Of a stretch of 39,985 bases of DNA, positions 38,301-39,985 are shown piece by piece. The DNA is from a virus (taxonomy: Duplodnaviria; Caudoviricetes), in the IMG/VR virus record IMGVR_UViG_3300044723_005541, positions 1 to 39,985 of that record. The stretch is one strand, 5' to 3'. The position numbers and the translations under genes were made by a program. The notes beneath the pieces are model-generated. The model worked only from the letters and a program-made list of their open reading frames with translations, did no database searches and was not told the origin of the DNA. Position 1 is the first letter of the stretch, and each line of letters begins with the position of its first letter.

Positions 38301-39985
38301 ATTTGACCAATACGCATTGGTTTGCTGATCAGTTGTGTATCGGCAACAGTAGCAGTAGCAACCGAAGTGCCGTTTACATACATTGTAAAGACATTACCTT
38401 CTTTCTTCAGTCCAATGAACTGCCAAGTGTTATCGGCAAACATTGTGGTGAGCGTAGACCGAGCAGGAGAAATCGCAGAGTTAACTGCTGTAGTGTTGTT
38501 GGTTACAGCCAACTCCAGATAACCAGAAACTCTGTCATAGTACATCCAGAGACCACCTGTGGTATCAGAAGCATCACCGATAGAAACCAGAGTCTGTTGT
38601 GTCTGACTATGAGTATCACTATTAGCAGCATCATGATACAACATGAACTCAAGAGTCCAGTTTGCACCCAACTTAGCACCTAATGTAGAAGAAGGTAACT
38701 CAATGTATGCATTCTCCCAGTTAGCAGGCGTTGCAATATCTCTTCCGAAGATCTTAGCGATGCCATCACCAACAATAGTAAGAGATTCTGTAGCATCATT
38801 GCCTACCAATGTAGGCGTGTAGTTTCCAATAGTATCCGTTGCATCGGTAGCAAACTCAAACAAGAACTCATTACGGTTCCACTGAGTTTGTCCAAAAACA
38901 TAAACGTCACCAGACTTATCTACGGCGATACTATTTGCAGTAATACCTTCAATACGGTTTTTATTGAACTCATTAGTAGTGTGATTCTTGATCTTGCCAT
39001 CATAACCAATTTTAACAGTATCAACTGTCTTCAGACCCGTTGTGTTATCTGTACGATTAAATGCAATGTTCAAATCGCCAAAAATATCAATAGCACTCTT
39101 ACCAACGCAGTTGACATCTCTACCAGGTGCAACATAACGATAGTTCCACAAGAAGTTACCATCAGTATCAACTTTACCTACCCATACACTATCACGAGTG
39201 GTATTATCGGACTTTGCTCTGAGAGTAGAAGTAATGTAGAACTCTTTGAACTCATCCATTGCAAGACTGGTATTCAGGAAAGAATAACCCGTCTGACTAT
39301 ATTCCTTAATCCAAGAAACAGTGATTGCAGTAGTACCAACAACTGCCTTACCAAAGGATGCATTAATATTATTGGTGCTGATTGTATCAGCGGTTTCTAG
39401 TGAGAAGTACAGGTCTGTACCATCAACAACAATATCGGTGATCTTCTCAGAGTCGTTTGTAGATGCAAGTTTTCTCTTGATTGCAAAGTTACCAGAGGTA
39501 TCAATCAGTGCAATGAATGCATCATAGGGATTTGCTGAGTTGGTGTTAGTGTATCCACCAATAACAAATCGGGTGTCAGAATACTTCGTTAGAGCGGTAA
39601 CATTGTCGGATCTAGAAGAACCAGAGATACCCGAGTAAGATTTCTGGAAGTTAAGAGTTGCACTTAGACCATTATCTGCCTGAACGTACTTAACAAGAAT
39701 AATATCAGGATTGTATGTATCCAGAAGTACAGTGTTGGGTTTATTGATACCAGCTACCCAAATATTGTTACCATCGACATAAATCTTCTGGAACTCTGCA
39801 TATTGACGACCACTTTGCAGTTCAAGCGTCTTTTCCCATTCTTTAACACCTGTTGTAGACAGTTTACTGACAAAACCAACATTATTACCAAGATTATCAA
39901 GAGTTCTACCACAGACAAAGATTTCTTTGTTTTCGTTTACAAAGATATCGTTAACAGTAAGATCTTCAGCACTTTCAATCAAAGA
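26348..39985 (-). CDS. gp7: giant baseplate wedge initiator-like protein (gp7-like), 5'-truncated, with LamG/ConA-like domains
   Basis: The frame is open to the window edge (the track's 'M' is a TTG). It contains KIQDSYYYQDFSYAIKS...WKDILIKNVHPASFKVFGE (cyanophage gp7-type core, ~34990-35110), LDDIS..FDG..F.L / LNGVVQ.P repeats, three LamG-like domains and an N-terminal beta-propeller-like repeat region. It lies upstream of gp8. Confidence 0.72.
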   Translation of the reverse strand, partial: SLIESAEDLTVNDIFVNENKEIFVCGRTLDNLGNNVGFVSKLSTTGVKEWEKTLELQSGRQYAEFQKIYVDGNNIWVAGINKPNTVLLDTYNPDIILVKYVQADNGLSATLNFQKSYSGISGSSRSDNVTALTKYSDTRFVIGGYTNTNSANPYDAFIALIDTSGNFAIKRKLASTNDSEKITDIVVDGTDLYFSLETADTISTNNINASFGKAVVGTTAITVSWIKEYSQTGYSFLNTSLAMDEFKEFYITSTLRAKSDNTTRDSVWVGKVDTDGNFLWNYRYVAPGRDVNCVGKSAIDIFGDLNIAFNRTDNTTGLKTVDTVKIGYDGKIKNHTTNEFNKNRIEGITANSIAVDKSGDVYVFGQTQWNRNEFLFEFATDATDTIGNYTPTLVGNDATESLTIVGDGIAKIFGRDIATPANWENAYIELPSSTLGAKLGANWTLEFMLYHDAANSDTHSQTQQTLVSIGDASDTTGGLWMYYDRVSGYLELAVTNNTTAVNSAISPARSTLTTMFADNTWQFIGLKKEGNVFTMYVNGTSVATATVADTQLISKPMRIGQIAGRDGTLGTFRSNEQGQYYVDNLRLRNRAVTPTVPSDVQNLPSTGDFGLTFSWTDTAFFTTYSQVRDYIDYVGWGLKVDKNADAVRLGDKGVQTETQVGFVRTAVSPVTGVSLTMGSTGFDLGTAGLQSLDFDDATTTMTETTGATLTYSKDIWSSRTATVPSPGSQKLKVTAVVKDRYYFKVTDTVKIDNVQELTINQSFRFTVGSKLVLKNGASFVNSGYITRIDNDTNKVYLAVNNNSWSNDLNTGELSTEQFNEQSTYGIVGPIPNDINQIDSFSFAEIVNTTPGTFDIDLNDFNLDGTASVGTGNLDSFAKFKPYTDDDYSVRIDEVSGSSAFIVGSVITLDGNNVSYNAAYSTINITGLTGVLKITLITNLTKILQVTARANSDEVYVITSTRNYLRAGDMLYVDGNPSQEIGEVVYDEYDGSFPVDRIISPLEFVYKLPQAAVTDPATSASAVSIFIKSPVLKMYYGHQYLFDLSHSSMLGGNLSFAKDNLYKLEYSFNSIERVGTPGVTGEGQPTPTVKFKVDEDIVTNISYYFDPSRIDADDSPIIQGSYLDIVGSPYRGTFEVSSVSGETITRGPDILKFPLLDEPEGNADVSKASYSTSSKKAVGSISNIRIVNSGGFYTKLPIIQTIRSTRQIERVEINEPGTEYAVGTYSGVPISGNGEGGLVSVTVADGTDDEGAPIPGQIQNVTVTSPGKGYTTATVDIDAIDGILGAGLTGSGAEVTVVIPASGTGASIFPTGDSIGKIKKLKNNNFGYDYPHDYTLRPEITFPINAQLTSTSILDSITITDPGSGYSQAPAVVITGGGGSGAIAESSIKNGRLDKIEVKDPGAGYSSTPTVQLKSSFNYVINLDLGLLQFSFPHGIANGAEISLNVVDTGDGADFPIAAGAVGRLNGNTTYYAIAGSANSLEDDQLKIAITSANAELGDALTFTNAGTGRQQVQTTSFGGAATANVITSTFLEGELVYQGDSLENATATGFVSTNEGWQVGPRIIKIVDYTGDFGSGEKVTGVISKSSGTISSLNIAKGVLDVGSITKTTGQFIDDVGKPSEIIQKIQDSYYYQDFSYAIKSAVSISEWKDILIKNVHPASFKVFGELNLNEYGFVPNKETSFELTKSVELAREATVPNIQSFALVEPVYTAFNNTEVLFRQKRLTSSENILTSTVQRLDDISNLFDGQRIAFPLQVDGTNVVASADQMMVILNGVVQTPNTAFEIQGESIVFNEPPQPPASVKYVNVEIAQIQTYEFTFTNPSGIFPLVGMTLVGTQSTSRLTVTSVVGDSIFGFITQGNVGIVNTLDGSSLTGGAGYTDGTYTNQATTSSGAGSGLTLNYTVVSGAVTSVTIGNNSGVAYVNNETITIPGGTTSATIDVLQASGFAVAELTTVGATGFAANLADITPVTNLGLFNFSETVSNLEGNTAVVEEVNLETGENTPIAELRYTIGAGTTSIEVVDPAQENDTFVAASEFTIGANYQLGAEIITLQGVTVETDSTVLNVQRGQLSTTAISHQEDQPLYGTDLEITDKLALSKTVGTYQSKPGLFDIQLDDVIIGASSGVVARVTATSAYQDPVTNEFIEQVNISEGSSFFGLLFNRLTSSSYPNIVLDDISKSQVNIVDFTDNSSDFDSKFPGTEFINNYVISYDNLTGTFQSDEKIRNYKIGYGNLTNNFQNSEDMVVRKVTFDDKQGTGFLGVGQVIRTTDTKGEVIGYNQARGTVFIGKIGRCQSTGDDIFDITFNGDAQLDTAQYKYGTSSLLLDGAGDYLNIASSSEFAFSTGAFTYDVYVRPATDALTGTSYILDQRSGSSGDTAAALYLENGQVRFSVAGSDVVTSGLLSLTANTWHHIAVVRSSTGADGIKLYIDGVERGSATDATTYTAKPLNIGSDWNATNAFEGHIDELRVSNTNRYTAAFTALTGMFQGDANAKLLVHFDGVDTATYTEDWSGAESFTNNEEFNNDVIAATWRANSANLPTGFAGKTHRYYDAANLIESNKNFIAKEAVHLLTVQYPSLVIPGGNVNCEDDVRDILSALVEDLRNGSNNHMWDASAVYVDRTNTPVTLNHIETEVVESVWTYDKVKEMLQYIINNVLWTVAGSHGLTQSTDATITDSSYTSLTTFSPSTATYNAATGDLVLTIGAHSLTTASRVTLTTESITFTCDDDNNDREISYPRKTDPAANAVLAVTAFDATTITVNVGASPAGQQYTHTFVSALSSSVTELNYTTGDCADVWSTVGNLMDILTDTLEQANLGTPVDHLGTITKVEPAYEFMGGTVDAFLETPFTTTYHNANDDVLYTNKIDLDSRYRFRDAANLIDANTSVIVDKAAADMLSRYPDLATEMPRNAGGSTDGTLRCKTDMALIVGAMSKDIRNGGNFFSVEAARFYLGTGNELQYIRLQVWQSVYAHNRLGFYMKQAINGDLTYDNTDDIIVGDWGITNDPGGCANVKSAIDTLITTINDIIAPTDEDFNIAGDRLYFNRQYIAEEITGITNEYLRFNIDGANYQAYTYDTAKCQRDIKYLIVAIISDLQTGGNNSTVANMEKYLNANGTLNYIEKELLPTVYAFEQIRTLGEKAIRNLLYSSGSSITGDQYAAVYTSQSAYRDLETPTDIDQAVYRLRDLVDIVIEGLAPGDNKIRNAAKNFRFNSRYYDGEIGQRVNNQFGSNSWVYSDFISDVVNNITTDSITTNISDVQDGYVISLANISSTDFEVGETVTSSGGGTATILEFDKKDQTMYVGTMSTLFVQNDTLTGGTSGATATVATGNGSWYFDGVNDSVRVDTGVTLGTDSFTLECWVRRDDANTSFYASGSNANNFNFYLGAGTSNVGFWGGNSANWININQLNGVTTSPNTWIHMAFVRDTAQNGDDCSIYLNGILQGTGTMTTDYNLTQFVVGAPYVGYTGDNTADGYISDWRVSSTAVYQRGTSTVGDTVFSTPTRAFIASDVTETEVLLCQGSPIEDNGPNSFTLTTYGGGPVGTGTSPFGFFPGVSSAFDWYTSPTNVKILEQARQIQSPISGQTSSPNLYTFPENLGYNSFSNTAWYSNVQTAPDGTQTADKLFGVGGGTHFMYRGYNLTAYETFDSTGRRFDSTNETFDTGYPGISEQQQFTLSAFFKKAELGSLNFKFAMDSQTKNINFNVDLFTGQIAEASVFVSPGITLDDYGVTPVGDDWFRVHATASFGFGIANVYLDFGLYNRANINATYGQGFYVWGIKLNSGALDPYTANSGQLFYSNAEYNIKTYALGLLQQFMIQSLTNELISPSTAATISSFYQDPNGSDALTNGVYSETSVSRLIRLGVSTITKQLADDTHYTGITQINGVGFVDKTYGDRDLPVGISGGLNQADYFYGLDSDAHAELSSSTLNEGKIVKVYKRFRIDGEITDGPFTMNETVAKQGAPSITGVVYGFHEDENFKYLDVEVTAGPWAVTDTIVGGENSTTAQISAIEDRLHIINLQGDFVADIEFLGYTSGATAQPTSFLKTEASVTSNEGGTLTVDTESLLGVFEKNAVVYPASSEKYIEVRQYAGLEISVGDRIASDGYLRLGISVLNAADQFRVGNRLYRVINNIQQPDQYAIITEVDLNNNYLYVSMAQGVDFAINDNVGDYGTASFPEGFARVTTTVTTPGAASALVQDVRPAGLNKRLYLTDIAGTFTSRDAIKGRDAYKAVIDAIVDLKARVKRAFKGFDGTTTTFDLTIANGTSYLPDPEGHLLIFVNGILQPPGGTNAFTAFSNRIQFTEAPELGSSFTGFYVGKLRQLDDISFEFDSLRQSFNLKRNEVFYSLTLTDGVQSSVIRPENNIIVSLNGVVQEPGVGFEIVGSRIIFSEIPRVGSTFVAFSYVGSEADVDAAEIVPPIEPGDFIDIQGETTDREVAVIESSNSLITFDYLGSIFGQGAVGNANLTSGFIDLVQVTSGGSGYTSRPTVRIDSISGFDGNIRALVGIANIEINNVGSGYANPEILVETSVPDDWTAPNLALYGEEAIDPEIA

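Noticed and set aside
39980-39982. Start codon of the giant ORF as given in the track
   Set aside because: It is a TTG near the window edge in a frame that stays open, so the true start is most likely outside the window.

Overview
This window is a slice of the late structural-gene region of a T4-like marine myovirus, most likely a cyanophage (Kyanoviridae-type, judged from the gp8/gp13-gp16 sequences and the DUF4815/VrlC-like gene). All real genes lie on the minus strand. In transcription order (right to left) they are: a giant gp7-like baseplate protein (>4545 aa, 5'-truncated), a gp9/gp10-like protein, a 1711-aa YHYH-like protein, gp8, a DUF4815/VrlC-like protein, two small coiled-coil ORFs, a terminator plus late promoter, an Mtd_N-type fibre, gp13, gp14, gp15, gp16, a 178-aa hypothetical protein, and a 3'-truncated ORF (1157 to <1) that the ORF track misses. 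Three observations stand out. (1) Two adjacent baseplate-region proteins each carry an apparently intact type-1 (blue) copper ligand set (H...C-x2-H-x2-M), and one of these sits inside a split YHYH-like domain. (2) The same YHYH protein contains a ~320-aa insert rich in TTA-Leu codons with an altered zincin-like EHxxH motif. (3) The un-called left-edge ORF looks like a polyprotein of small basic modules separated by T4 gp21-protease-like [ILV]-x-E sites. Family assignments come from motif recognition and memory, not from database searches, and internal domain coordinates are approximate.
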